The position numbers and the translations under genes are program-made. The notes beneath the pieces were generated by a model. The model searched no databases. It worked only from the letters and a program-made list of their open reading frames with translations, and had not been told where the DNA came from. From Candidatus Bathyarchaeota archaeon (GTDB lineage: Archaea > Thermoproteota > Bathyarchaeia > Bathyarchaeales > Bathycorpusculaceae): a stretch of DNA of 64,000 bases. This document shows positions 10,324-19,267 of this stretch, piece by piece; the first letter of the stretch is position 1; each line of letters begins with the position of its first letter. The stretch lies in contig CAVTZU010000028.1 of the NCBI GenBank assembly GCA_963739305.1, forward strand, positions 62,443 through 126,442. The letters run 5' to 3'.

Positions 10324-11142
10324 TTATGGTGGTGGCGGAGGAGGAGGCGGAATCATGGTGAAGTTAGGGGTCGATTCCGTCAAGGTTTCAAAGAAGTTTT
10401 GGAAGTTGAAATGACCTCCGAGAAGGTCTCTTAGAACTATCAAGAACAAGGGCAGAGTGAAAACTATGTTCAAGAGTAGCCCATACAGAGGTAATCCCAC
10501 AAAGGCCAAAACGATCGCTATGCTGTTCCAAACCATATGGTTAGCAACTCCCAAAAAGGAAAGGAGCAAAAACAGAGTGGCGGAGTTATCGGAAGACCTA
10601 TTCGGCGAGGGGCGACGTGAAAACATTACGAAAAAACTCATGCCTACGAATGCAGTCCATATTGGATGCATGAAAATTACTATCAGTCTCGTCAAGACCG
10701 TTTCCACAGTCGGCGAGGAGGCCACGTAGATTATGAATTCTGAGACCCCGAACCCCAAACCTGCAGCAGCACCAAGAGCAGCTCCGTAGCGACGATTTGG
10801 AATCATCTTCCACATAAAAAGGACAACTACTAACACACCCAAAGCTTTGAACAACTCCTCCAAAATTGGCGCAAAAATAGCTGTCGTCACGGCGAAACCC
10901 ACCCCTATCAAGAACACTAGTTCGACTACAAAGGACAATCCCATGCTCGCCAAAGCTGAGAAGATAAACGCTACGATGAGGCCAGAGTTGGGAGACTTTC
11001 CCTCAGGAAGCTGTGACGAATATTCAAGAGCGGAAAGTCTAGATCTGATGCGAGGAAAAAAGTTCGTTCCAGGACCGTGTAATCCCGTCAAAAGTTTCTG
11101 ACGTGGAGGCGGAGGAGGAGGCGGAAGCGGTGGTTGTTCCAT
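10324..11142 (-). CDS. PrsW-family intramembrane glutamic protease with polyproline termini
   Basis: APILEELFK, GLGFGVSE, MHPIWT, NHMVWN motifs; multiple TM helices. Confidence 0.85.
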   Translation of the reverse strand: MEQPPLPPPPPPPRQKLLTGLHGPGTNFFPRIRSRLSALEYSSQLPEGKSPNSGLIVAFIFSALASMGLSFVVELVFLIGVGFAVTTAIFAPILEELFKALGVLVVVLFMWKMIPNRRYGAALGAAAGLGFGVSEFIIYVASSPTVETVLTRLIVIFMHPIWTAFVGMSFFVMFSRRPSPNRSSDNSATLFLLLSFLGVANHMVWNSIAIVLAFVGLPLYGLLLNIVFTLPLFLIVLRDLLGGHFNFQNFFETLTESTPNFTMIPPPPPPPP

Positions 11143-11183
11143 TTGATTCCCGACATGGAGTACGTTTTCAAAGTGGCCGACCT

Positions 11184-11708
11184 CTACGGCGGTGGAGGCG
11201 GAGGAGGAGGCGGAGGAACCGTGGCAAAAACCTCTTTTACCGAAACCACCGTGGTTCCTGCCATGCGGTCAAAATATCTCTGTCTAGGGTCGGGTCCAGG
11301 AGTCGCTATGCCAATGAGGAAGTCGATGAGAAAGATGATCCAGAAAATCTTGCTCAAGTTTCTGGTCAGCACCTTGTTACTGGGCGCCTTGCTCCCGTCG
11401 AGCATCTGCACCTTCAAGCCCATCACTCTTTTTCCCAAGGTTGCAGCAGACGTTGAGGATTCTAAGACCACGGAGTATATCACCCAGAGCAGGCCATAAA
11501 AAAGCGGCCAGAGTAACACATAAACAGCCCATGAGAGGGGGCCCAGAGCTTTTGCAAGTGGTGCTCCTCCGTTCCAAACGAGCGCCCACCATATGACCCA
11601 CCCTATTATGGCAAAGGGGATGCTGTCGATTATGGCGGCGACGATTCTTAGAAGCCAGTGAGTACCCATGTCAACATGGGGATTTGGAGCTCCGTAGCCT
11701 GTAGACAT
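11184..11708 (-). CDS. RDD family membrane protein with polyproline tail
   Basis: RIVAAIID, TLGKRVMGLKV, RQRYFDRMAGTTVV. Confidence 0.88.
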   Translation of the reverse strand: MSTGYGAPNPHVDMGTHWLLRIVAAIIDSIPFAIIGWVIWWALVWNGGAPLAKALGPLSWAVYVLLWPLFYGLLWVIYSVVLESSTSAATLGKRVMGLKVQMLDGSKAPSNKVLTRNLSKIFWIIFLIDFLIGIATPGPDPRQRYFDRMAGTTVVSVKEVFATVPPPPPPPPPP

Positions 11709-11887
11709 TCTTTCAGCTCGCCTAGTAATCAGTATGATTCGTTTTTATTACTTTCTGTCTCTCCGAGAAAAAAGCGGTGCATACATCGAAGTGCTGACGA
11801 AACAAGCTTGAAAACAGAAGATGAACTCAAGAGTCTCAAAGCTTATAAACTGTTTCTCCAGATGAAATCACAAGGTGAAGTGACAAA

Positions 11888-12256
11888 ATGTCTAAGCAAG
11901 AAAAAGCGATGACAAAGGACCGTCTCATCGGCATGAAAGTCATAAACGCGGATGGTAACAGTGCAGGAACCATCAAAGACATAGCGTTCACTGTCGGAAA
12001 GATGGGCATGACACTCCTCATCAAAACTGAGGATGGCGAGGACGTTGAGGTCCCGTGGGACCAAATTCAAGCAGCAGGAGACTTCGTCCTGCTGAAGCCT
12101 GCAGCTGCCCAGCCACAACCTTTCGTAACACAGCTAGGAGGGCAACCTCAACAGGCCCAAACGCAACAACCAACATGCCCTACTTGCGGGGGACCGTTGA
12201 CTTACATTCAGCAATACCAGCGATGGTACTGTTACAAAGACAAGAAGTACGTCTAA
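11888..12256 (+). CDS. PRC-barrel protein with C-terminal CxxC/aromatic module
   Basis: LIGMKVINADG..AGTIKDI..., VPWDQIQAAGDFVLL; tail CPTCGGPLTYIQQYQRWYCYKDKKYV. Confidence 0.8.
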   Translation: MSKQEKAMTKDRLIGMKVINADGNSAGTIKDIAFTVGKMGMTLLIKTEDGEDVEVPWDQIQAAGDFVLLKPAAAQPQPFVTQLGGQPQQAQTQQPTCPTCGGPLTYIQQYQRWYCYKDKKYV

Positions 12257-12312
12257 AAGAGCTACACCTCGATTTTTTCTTCTTTTCCTTCCGTCTGGCC
12301 AAAAGATAATTG

Positions 12313-12894
12313 CTAGACATATTTCTTTTCGTTCTGACAATACCATCTGTTGTATTGTTGAATGAAAGTCAGAGGCTGACCGCATGTCGGACAAACAGGG
12401 GCGGCTGCCATTGGTGGCGGCGGAGGGGCTCTTGAGATATGGGATAAATTGAATATTCCAGGCATCGCGAAGGGTCTCTTTTCAAGCATTCCGCCAAAAT
12501 ACCCGCCGATCATGAAAAATACGAATGCAAACAGTACGCTTATGAGCCATCCCAGAAAGGTACTGCCAGCTGTGTTCGGAGTCAGGACGGCTGAAATTAT
12601 CGTTTGAAAAAGAGTAATTATTGTGTAGATGAATGCCGTGAAGAATCCGGCGCTGAGACCTTCCATCTCGAGCTTTTCACCCGTTGCATGGAATCTGAAG
12701 TTGAGGTAGGAAGCTACCATTCCTCCCGGTATCGTGAAAAAGACGTCAGCCACGACGAGTATCCCGACGAATTGGATCATGTCCTTGGCACCGCCCGTTG
12801 CGGAGACAAGAGCGAATTCACCGAACAGGAAACCAATCAGACCTGCAACGAGGTAATCCAGCAAGGATCCTTCTCTTGAAGCCATACGAACCAC
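12313..12894 (-). CDS. Four-TM membrane protein with the same C-terminal CxxC/aromatic module
   Basis: Hydrophobic helices, APPPPP linker, tail CPTCGQPLTFIQQYNRWYCQNEKKYV. Confidence 0.75.
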   Translation of the reverse strand: MVRMASREGSLLDYLVAGLIGFLFGEFALVSATGGAKDMIQFVGILVVADVFFTIPGGMVASYLNFRFHATGEKLEMEGLSAGFFTAFIYTIITLFQTIISAVLTPNTAGSTFLGWLISVLFAFVFFMIGGYFGGMLEKRPFAMPGIFNLSHISRAPPPPPMAAAPVCPTCGQPLTFIQQYNRWYCQNEKKYV

Positions 12895-13143
12895 CCATCT
12901 AACGTCCAGTTTCTCTGCTCTTGTTTTTCACAGGTATTTAACACTTTATACCTCATGCGCGATGGCCTGCAGCGGTCTGCTGTGGTAGGTTGCCAAAAAT
13001 CACCGACCATACAACGACGAAGTATAGAGCAAGCGTGAAATCTCAAGACTTTCCGAATTTCGCCAGAGAAATCGAATACCCTTGTTATAGAAAAACCTCA
13101 GAGAAACATATAAGACTGCAGATACGGGATATTCCTGAACAAA

Positions 13144-14280
13144 ATGTATCCTGAAACAAAAAGTTTCGGCGTTTTCGAACCTTTGGTGGGTTCGTGGTAT
13201 GAATCACTGAAAAACCCCGGAAAGTCTCAAGAGCAGCTCCTCACCAGTTTACTGGAGAAATATTCCAAGACGCAATATGGAAACGATCATGGAGCGGCAA
13301 GGATCAAGGGAATCACCGACTTCAGGGAACATTTTCCTAGGCTGGACTACAAAGGACTAGCCCCTTATCTATCCGAAGTTATCAACGGCAACTACGGTTC
13401 ACTTCTACCCGAGCCCTTGGCTTGCTGGGTAATGACACGCGGATCCACAGGCCCAGCAAAAGTGTTACCTGCCACTCAGACACACATTGAACAAATACTC
13501 ACCTGCGGATCGAGAGCGCTAATAAACTATGCTCTCAGGACCAAAAACTATGAGCTCTTTGACGGCAAAATTTTCAACCTGAACTTCCCGTCGAACGTTC
13601 ACACTATGACGATGAATGGACAAGAGATGACATATGGCTACAGCTCCGGAACCTATGCGAGACTAATTCCCGCATTAGAGCAGATCCAACTTCTGCCCAA
13701 ACAAGAAGACATAGACTCCACCGGATCAGGAATCACCAAGAGAGATTGGGAAAACAGGTTTGAGATTGCCTATGAGCAAGCTTTGAGCCAGAACGTCGAA
13801 GCCGCGATGGGCGTGACACCAGTTATCTTAGCGTTTGCCAAGTATGTCACGAGAAAACATGGAAAGAAACCGAAGGATCTGTGGAAACTGAAAGCACTGT
13901 TCTGTACTAGTGTTCGAAAAATCCAGTTTAGGTACGCACCTACACTTAGAAAGTATTTTGGGCAGATACCGGTAATTGAAATGTACAGCGCGACGGAAGG
14001 CGTGTTTGGTCAACAGCTCGACGAGCTGCCCTACATCACTCCCAACTATGACAGTTACTTTTTCGAGGTGGTGACCAGCCGTGGACTCAAGATGTTGCAT
14101 GAACTGAAAAGAGGAGAATGGGGAGAACTCCTTGTGTCATCATGCATGTTTCCAAGATACGCGATCGGAGACATGATCGAAGCAGCAGGAAAGGATCACT
14201 TCAGAGTCTTCGGAAGACAAAACTTTCGAACGATACTGGAGCACCGACTGCACAGAATGTTTCTTGGATGGTCAATCTAG
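13144..14280 (+). CDS. GH3 family acyl-adenylating enzyme
   Basis: N-terminal TQYG..HG, MTRGSTGPAK (TSGT-like P-loop), EMYSATEG.FG, YFFE, RYAIGD. Confidence 0.78.
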   Translation: MYPETKSFGVFEPLVGSWYESLKNPGKSQEQLLTSLLEKYSKTQYGNDHGAARIKGITDFREHFPRLDYKGLAPYLSEVINGNYGSLLPEPLACWVMTRGSTGPAKVLPATQTHIEQILTCGSRALINYALRTKNYELFDGKIFNLNFPSNVHTMTMNGQEMTYGYSSGTYARLIPALEQIQLLPKQEDIDSTGSGITKRDWENRFEIAYEQALSQNVEAAMGVTPVILAFAKYVTRKHGKKPKDLWKLKALFCTSVRKIQFRYAPTLRKYFGQIPVIEMYSATEGVFGQQLDELPYITPNYDSYFFEVVTSRGLKMLHELKRGEWGELLVSSCMFPRYAIGDMIEAAGKDHFRVFGRQNFRTILEHRLHRMFLGWSI

Positions 14281-14693
14281 GGCGCCGGGTGCCTCTTTCT
14301 CAACACCAATGCCCCGTACGCCGCTGCAACGATGATTATTAACCCGACGAGTACGAGGAAGAACGCCCAGAGGAACCGCCATTCGAAAGTGCGGTACATC
14401 CCGAGCCACCAAACCAGTCCCAAGAAGACCAGAATTAAGCCTCCAACCAGAGGCCCCAAGAATCCGTACTCGCCCTTCTCGTGTTTCTCTCCCTTTTCTT
14501 GCTTCTCGTGCTTCTCGTGTTTCTCACTTTTCTCCTCGTCCTTCTCGCGCCTTCGATATTCTCTTCGCGTAGCTGGAGCCGGAGGAGGAGTGGCAGCCTG
14601 CTGCATCTTCAGAGGAGCTCCACACTTAGAGCAGAAACTCATTTCTTCAGTAATTGGGGAACCACATTTTGGACAGTAGGACATACTCTGCAC
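14277..14693 (-). CDS. Zinc-ribbon membrane protein with EKHEK repeats
   Basis: YCPKCG...FCSKCG, charged repeat, two C-terminal TM helices. Confidence 0.78.
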   Translation of the reverse strand: MQSMSYCPKCGSPITEEMSFCSKCGAPLKMQQAATPPPAPATRREYRRREKDEEKSEKHEKHEKQEKGEKHEKGEYGFLGPLVGGLILVFLGLVWWLGMYRTFEWRFLWAFFLVLVGLIIIVAAAYGALVLRKRHPAP

Positions 14694-14733
14694 CTGTTTG
14701 TTACTTTTATTCGGAACAATTAGTATTTAAAAC

Positions 14734-15306
14734 ATGCTAAACTCGGCAAGTGTTATATACGCTCACAGAGCTAGAATATTTCGAAAGGAGGCAGGCCATT
14801 TGAGTTCGCAAGGATTCTCACACCAACATCGCGAAGGAATTCTCAGTGCGATTTCTGCCGGTGTCTTCTTTGTTTTGATCGGATCACTGTTCATAATTCA
14901 CCCAAATCTATATGATAACCTGGTCTCTTTCTTCTCAGACTTCAAAGTAGCCGCTGCTTTTGGTACCAATAACATCACGTTACCTATACCGATCGACGTT
15001 GCATCACACGTCAGTGTGTACACTGCTGCGGAGCAATTCAGCCTGGCATGGGGAGTTTTCCTCGTGGCAGCAATTGTTGTAAGGTTTGCAGTGAACACGC
15101 CGACCAGGAGGAAGGCACAGAACATTTCGGACATAATCTTCTGGTTTGGAACAGCCTATCTCATTCAAACCTGGTTGATTGGTCAGGCTAAATGGTTCGA
15201 ATTCTGGGCACTTACAATCATTCTCCTCGGAATCTCGCTCGTGGCAAGAGCAATATACCTTGCTTTAGTTTCAGCAACTCGCCACCAAAATGTGAAAACC
15301 CAATAG
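14734..15306 (+). CDS. Multi-pass membrane hypothetical protein
   Basis: About four TM helices; likely start TTG ~14800 after AAGGAGG. Confidence 0.7.
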   Translation: MLNSASVIYAHRARIFRKEAGHLSSQGFSHQHREGILSAISAGVFFVLIGSLFIIHPNLYDNLVSFFSDFKVAAAFGTNNITLPIPIDVASHVSVYTAAEQFSLAWGVFLVAAIVVRFAVNTPTRRKAQNISDIIFWFGTAYLIQTWLIGQAKWFEFWALTIILLGISLVARAIYLALVSATRHQNVKTQ

Positions 15307-15330
15307 ACCAGCAGACTTCGGGGTGACAGA

Positions 15331-15744
15331 TTGCCCATTTCTTACTCAGAAGCCCCAGATGTCAAAAAACTCGCAGATGAAATCGCCGAAAGCCTCGAAT
15401 TCTTCCACGTCGTTCCGCAGTATGTGTTTTGTCTCAGAAGCAAAGGCTCGAGTTCCAGACGAACCATCGCCCGCATTCACGGACTCGGCAAGGTGTGGCA
15501 GGAGACACTTAACATACCGCCGTCCTACGTAATTGAGGTCATTTCTGAACGGTACGACAGACTTACCCAGGACGAAAAAGAGAAAACGGTCATCCATGAA
15601 CTCCTACATGTTCCTGCAGCCTTCGCTGGAGGTTTTCGTCCCCACAAAGGATACATCAACGATGAAATCGTCGACAAACTTCACGGGACATTTCGCAAAC
15701 GGAGACAATCTGGAGGACAAGTTTTTAAGGAACATATGGAATGA
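15331..15744 (+). CDS. Putative metallopeptidase (phage-metallopeptidase-like)
   Basis: RS.GS..R.IARIHG, YVIEVISERY, VIHELLH, GGFRPH. Confidence 0.78.
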   Translation: MPISYSEAPDVKKLADEIAESLEFFHVVPQYVFCLRSKGSSSRRTIARIHGLGKVWQETLNIPPSYVIEVISERYDRLTQDEKEKTVIHELLHVPAAFAGGFRPHKGYINDEIVDKLHGTFRKRRQSGGQVFKEHME

Positions 15745-15794
15745 AAGAGGAAAACTGAAAATCATCGTCATCAGTTCACAATGAGAGAACCATC

Positions 15795-17402
15795 ATGAAA
15801 TATTCCATGAAAAGCCTTGCCCACAACGGAATCTATGTTCCTCAGTTCGATTACAGGGGATTTAGTGTCAGGATACAAGGTCAGCCTATTAAGTTGTCGA
15901 GAAAGACAGAACAAATGACTGTGTTCTGGATAAGAAAAAGACAATCCCTAACTTCTCCTCCTGACAAAAAGTTCTACGAGAACTTCATCAAAGACTTCTT
16001 GCATGCCTTGAAATCAGAAAACCCCAATATCAGCTCTCTGCAGAGTTTTGAAAACGGCTACCTAGACAGCCTCGACGAGAACGAGTGGATGCATGACGAA
16101 CACGCGCGAATCGACTTCTCAGAAATCGCAACATACGTCCAGCAAGAGCAAGAGAAGAGAACAAACATGCCCAAAGAGGAAAAGAAAAAACTCGCAGCTG
16201 AAAGAAAACTTGCTCGAGATGCACTAAGGGAAAGGTATGGATACGCAGTCGTTGACGGAAACAAACTTGAGATAGCAAACTGGACCGCCGAGCCATCCTG
16301 CATTTTCGCTGGGCGGGGAGACCATCCTAAGAGAGGGAAATGGAAAGAAGGACCCGCGGAGCAAGACATAATTCTGGACCTATCTTCTGACAGTCCGATG
16401 CCCCCTGGCAACTGGAAAGGCAGAATCTGGGAACCTGAGAAGATGTACATTGCAAAATGGGAGGACAAGCTGACAGGAAAAATAAAGTACGTTTGGTTCT
16501 CCGACTCCGCCTTTCTGAAACAAAAAGCAGAAGAAGAGAAGTTCAAAAAGGCTGGAAAGCTCAGCAAGGAAATACCAAAGGTCAAAGCTCACATCTTGAA
16601 AAACCTTAGCGCCGAAGACCTAGACACACGAAAGACAGCAACGGTCAGCTGGCTCATCCTAGAAGTAAACATGAGAGTCGGCGACGAAAAAGATCCAGGC
16701 GAGGCCGACACGGTAGGCGCAATCACCTTGAGGCCCGAACACATAAAGATTGAAGGAAACAAACTGAATTTTGATTTCTTAGGAAAAGACTGCGTAAGAT
16801 GGACAAAATCGATCGAGGCCCCGCCCGTGGTCATAAAGAACATGCAAGAATTTTCCAAAATGAGCAAAGAATACCTTTTCGAAGGAATAAACTCAAGGAG
16901 GGTGTCACGATTCCTTTCAAAACAGATGGAAGGATTAACAGCAAAGGTGTTCAGAACATGGAAATGCACAACGACTGTCAAGGAACATCTTGAAACGTGC
17001 AGCGTCACGAAAAACGATCCTGAGTACTCCAAGCAATACTGTGCAAAAATGGCTAATCTGAAAGCGGCGATAATAGCTAATCACAAGCGCAAGATCCCGC
17101 TGAACTACGAAGATAGACTTGCCAAAAAGCACGCACATGCCAAAGAACTCGAGATGAAGCTGAAAGAACGAAAAGAACAAGGCAAGAGCACCGAGACTCT
17201 CATGAAGAGACTGGAAAAGAGCAAGATTGATGCAAAACTTGCAGAAGAAACGAAAGAATACAACCTTGGCACCTCTCTCAAATCTTACATCGACCCCATG
17301 ACATATGTAAGATGGGCGAAAGATGTGGATTTTTCACTCGACAAGCTTTATCCTAAAACCCTTCGAAAGAAGTTCAGCTGGGCCTTAGGACCGGAAAGCT
17401 GA
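15795..17402 (+). CDS. DNA topoisomerase IB (eukaryote-like)
   Basis: LAHNG, GRGDHPKRGKWK, MRVGDEK, DFLGKD, AKVFRT, ANHKR, GTSLKSYIDP: full R-K-R-H-Y pentad. Confidence 0.94.
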   Translation: MKYSMKSLAHNGIYVPQFDYRGFSVRIQGQPIKLSRKTEQMTVFWIRKRQSLTSPPDKKFYENFIKDFLHALKSENPNISSLQSFENGYLDSLDENEWMHDEHARIDFSEIATYVQQEQEKRTNMPKEEKKKLAAERKLARDALRERYGYAVVDGNKLEIANWTAEPSCIFAGRGDHPKRGKWKEGPAEQDIILDLSSDSPMPPGNWKGRIWEPEKMYIAKWEDKLTGKIKYVWFSDSAFLKQKAEEEKFKKAGKLSKEIPKVKAHILKNLSAEDLDTRKTATVSWLILEVNMRVGDEKDPGEADTVGAITLRPEHIKIEGNKLNFDFLGKDCVRWTKSIEAPPVVIKNMQEFSKMSKEYLFEGINSRRVSRFLSKQMEGLTAKVFRTWKCTTTVKEHLETCSVTKNDPEYSKQYCAKMANLKAAIIANHKRKIPLNYEDRLAKKHAHAKELEMKLKERKEQGKSTETLMKRLEKSKIDAKLAEETKEYNLGTSLKSYIDPMTYVRWAKDVDFSLDKLYPKTLRKKFSWALGPES

Positions 17403-17524
17403 ACATGCGGGATATCTTCATTGGTTTGAAAAAAAACGAGTTTTAGTTTTCATCGACATGAACAGATATTGATTCCAAGGAACGGCTCAGCTCACAACCA
17501 TATAATCCAAAAGGCATATCTACG

Positions 17525-17615
17525 AAAAAAGATATAGTTGAGGGAGAATGGTAGAAAGTTTTTCCTGCGGGGAAAGGAGAAAGTTGAAAAATCTGGTTTC
17601 TACCATTCTCCACAC
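17525..17615 (-). ncRNA. Candidate structured small RNA (15-bp perfect stem)
   Basis: GGAGAATGGTAGAAA 17543-17557 / TTTCTACCATTCTCC 17597-17611; TATA-like TTAAGA ~25 nt upstream on the minus strand and oligo-T downstream. Confidence 0.4.
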
Positions 17616-17787
17616 AAGAAGAGTCAATAACATTCTGCTCTTAACCTTGTCGTTAGTTTTCGATTTTGTCAACATCCCAGACTATCTTGAGGGAAAAACA
17701 AGGATGCATTTTTGAGGGCCGCAAAGACGTCTTGCTGCCCTCCTGTTCAGCTCGCATGCACAGGTTTCCGACATTTTCTTCTCGTCG

Positions 17788-18213
17788 TTATTCTGCGTAC
17801 TTTCTGGCCTGCATGAAAAGGGTGACACATACAAGAAGAAGCAGGAGTGATGATATTGCCAGACCAGCGATGTTCCATGAATCGTGGATCGAGAACCAGA
17901 ATGAAACGAAGAAACTGCCGATCATCCCGATTAGTGCACCAAGGATCGTTCCAAAGTACAGAGATGCCACCGAATGTCTTTCCTGTAGGTTCTGTGCCGT
18001 CTTGATCGTTTCTACGCTGTCCAAAAGCGTCTTCAGAGTCTCAGTTGGGACAGTCACGTCAAGTTGCCGATGGTCCTCTGCTCGCAGCAAGTACGAATGC
18101 AGATCAAGAGTTGCTTGCCAAAAGTCCTGCAGAACATCTCTCATATTTTCATGATGCATATCCGCTGCCGTGGGTCTTGGATCGGCATCCGCATCGTCTT
18201 GATTTTGGTTCAA
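17788..18213 (-). CDS. Hypothetical membrane protein
   Basis: 141-aa ORF with two C-terminal TM helices. Confidence 0.6.
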   Translation of the reverse strand: MNQNQDDADADPRPTAADMHHENMRDVLQDFWQATLDLHSYLLRAEDHRQLDVTVPTETLKTLLDSVETIKTAQNLQERHSVASLYFGTILGALIGMIGSFFVSFWFSIHDSWNIAGLAISSLLLLLVCVTLFMQARKYAE

Positions 18214-18391
18214 CCAGCTCTACCTCTGTTCGTCTGCATCTCCACATTGATAGTCTTCTCACGATTATGAACCTTGTCTTCAGCCAAGAATCAAGAACTC
18301 GCATTCAGCCGTGAAGGTTTGGTTGGAACAAGGCTTTTATTCTAAGGCAGTTCTTACGTGAATTAATTCACGTGGAAATAAGGGATGACGA

Positions 18392-18658
18392 ATGAGAGGA
18401 GCACTTGTTTTCCTCGCAGTCTTCATCATAGTTCTGCTGGCGACCATAGCTTATCCAGATCTGCCGCTAGGCAAACAGATCTACAACGCCCTCAACCTTC
18501 CAACCCCTGATTACTTAGTTCTAGGTATTCAAGTAACAACGCTAATAGAAGCAGTCTTCAACGGAGTAATCTATGGCATAGTAGTTTGGATCATCTACAC
18601 GATTGCTGACCGAGCGACCAGAAAGAAACCTCAACCACAACAAAGCCAAAAATCATAA
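18392..18658 (+). CDS. Small two-TM membrane protein
   Basis: 88 aa, two hydrophobic helices, T-rich terminator-like tract downstream. Confidence 0.7.
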   Translation: MRGALVFLAVFIIVLLATIAYPDLPLGKQIYNALNLPTPDYLVLGIQVTTLIEAVFNGVIYGIVVWIIYTIADRATRKKPQPQQSQKS

Positions 18659-18757
18659 CAAGCCAGCTAAGAAAAGAACCCTCAACACCACATTCTTTTT
18701 CTTTGACAAAGCAACATAGGCAGATTCTTCAATGCATGTTTATCTTAGAAAGTTGAG

Positions 18758-18832
18758 TGGACGGGCCGGGATTTGAACCCGGGACCTCCACGATGCCAAC
18801 GTGGCGATCATACCAGGCTGATCTACCCGCCC
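18758..18832 (-). tRNA. tRNA-Ala(GGC)
   Basis: GGGCGGG acceptor with G3:U70, anticodon arm CCACG-TTGGCAT-CGTGG, T-loop GGTTCAAATCC, discriminator A. Confidence 0.96.
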
Positions 18833-19267
18833 GCTACATAGCGGTTCTCAAACCCACAAACAGCACATTAAGCTTTGACTTCTTGTCGCTGTCTGGCTCA
18901 GCTTCGGTTTACCATAGACTTTGACTAGGTCAATGAACACAGTTATTCTTAAACCATTCGAGAGTAAAAGGGGTCTAAAGACGAATCCGCACTTCGTTTT
19001 CCTAGTTTTGTTCATCCAACTCGTTTGATCAGAAACGTTTTTAACATTAAGAACAGAATAACTTTGTCTCATCCGAATCAGCTTCGCGGCACTTCTATTT
19101 ATCTTCACGTCCGCTTCATAGTCCTGTTCTTATTTCCAAGTCTCCCCTGCATTTGGCACACTTCATCCTTCAGGCATGGTGATTGCAATAATCGCCGTTA
19201 TTTGGATACGATGGGTTCTAAGTAAAACAATGACACATTCTCAATCAACAAGTAGTCGTACGAACGA

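Noticed and set aside
14470-14545. Tandem CTTCTCGTG-like nucleotide repeats
   Set aside because: Explained by the EKHEK low-complexity protein repeat
18960-19240. Possible selenoprotein or dual-CxxC small protein on the minus strand (MKCAKCRGDLEIR...)
   Set aside because: Interrupted by TAG and TAA as well as TGA stops, so at most a decayed pseudogene
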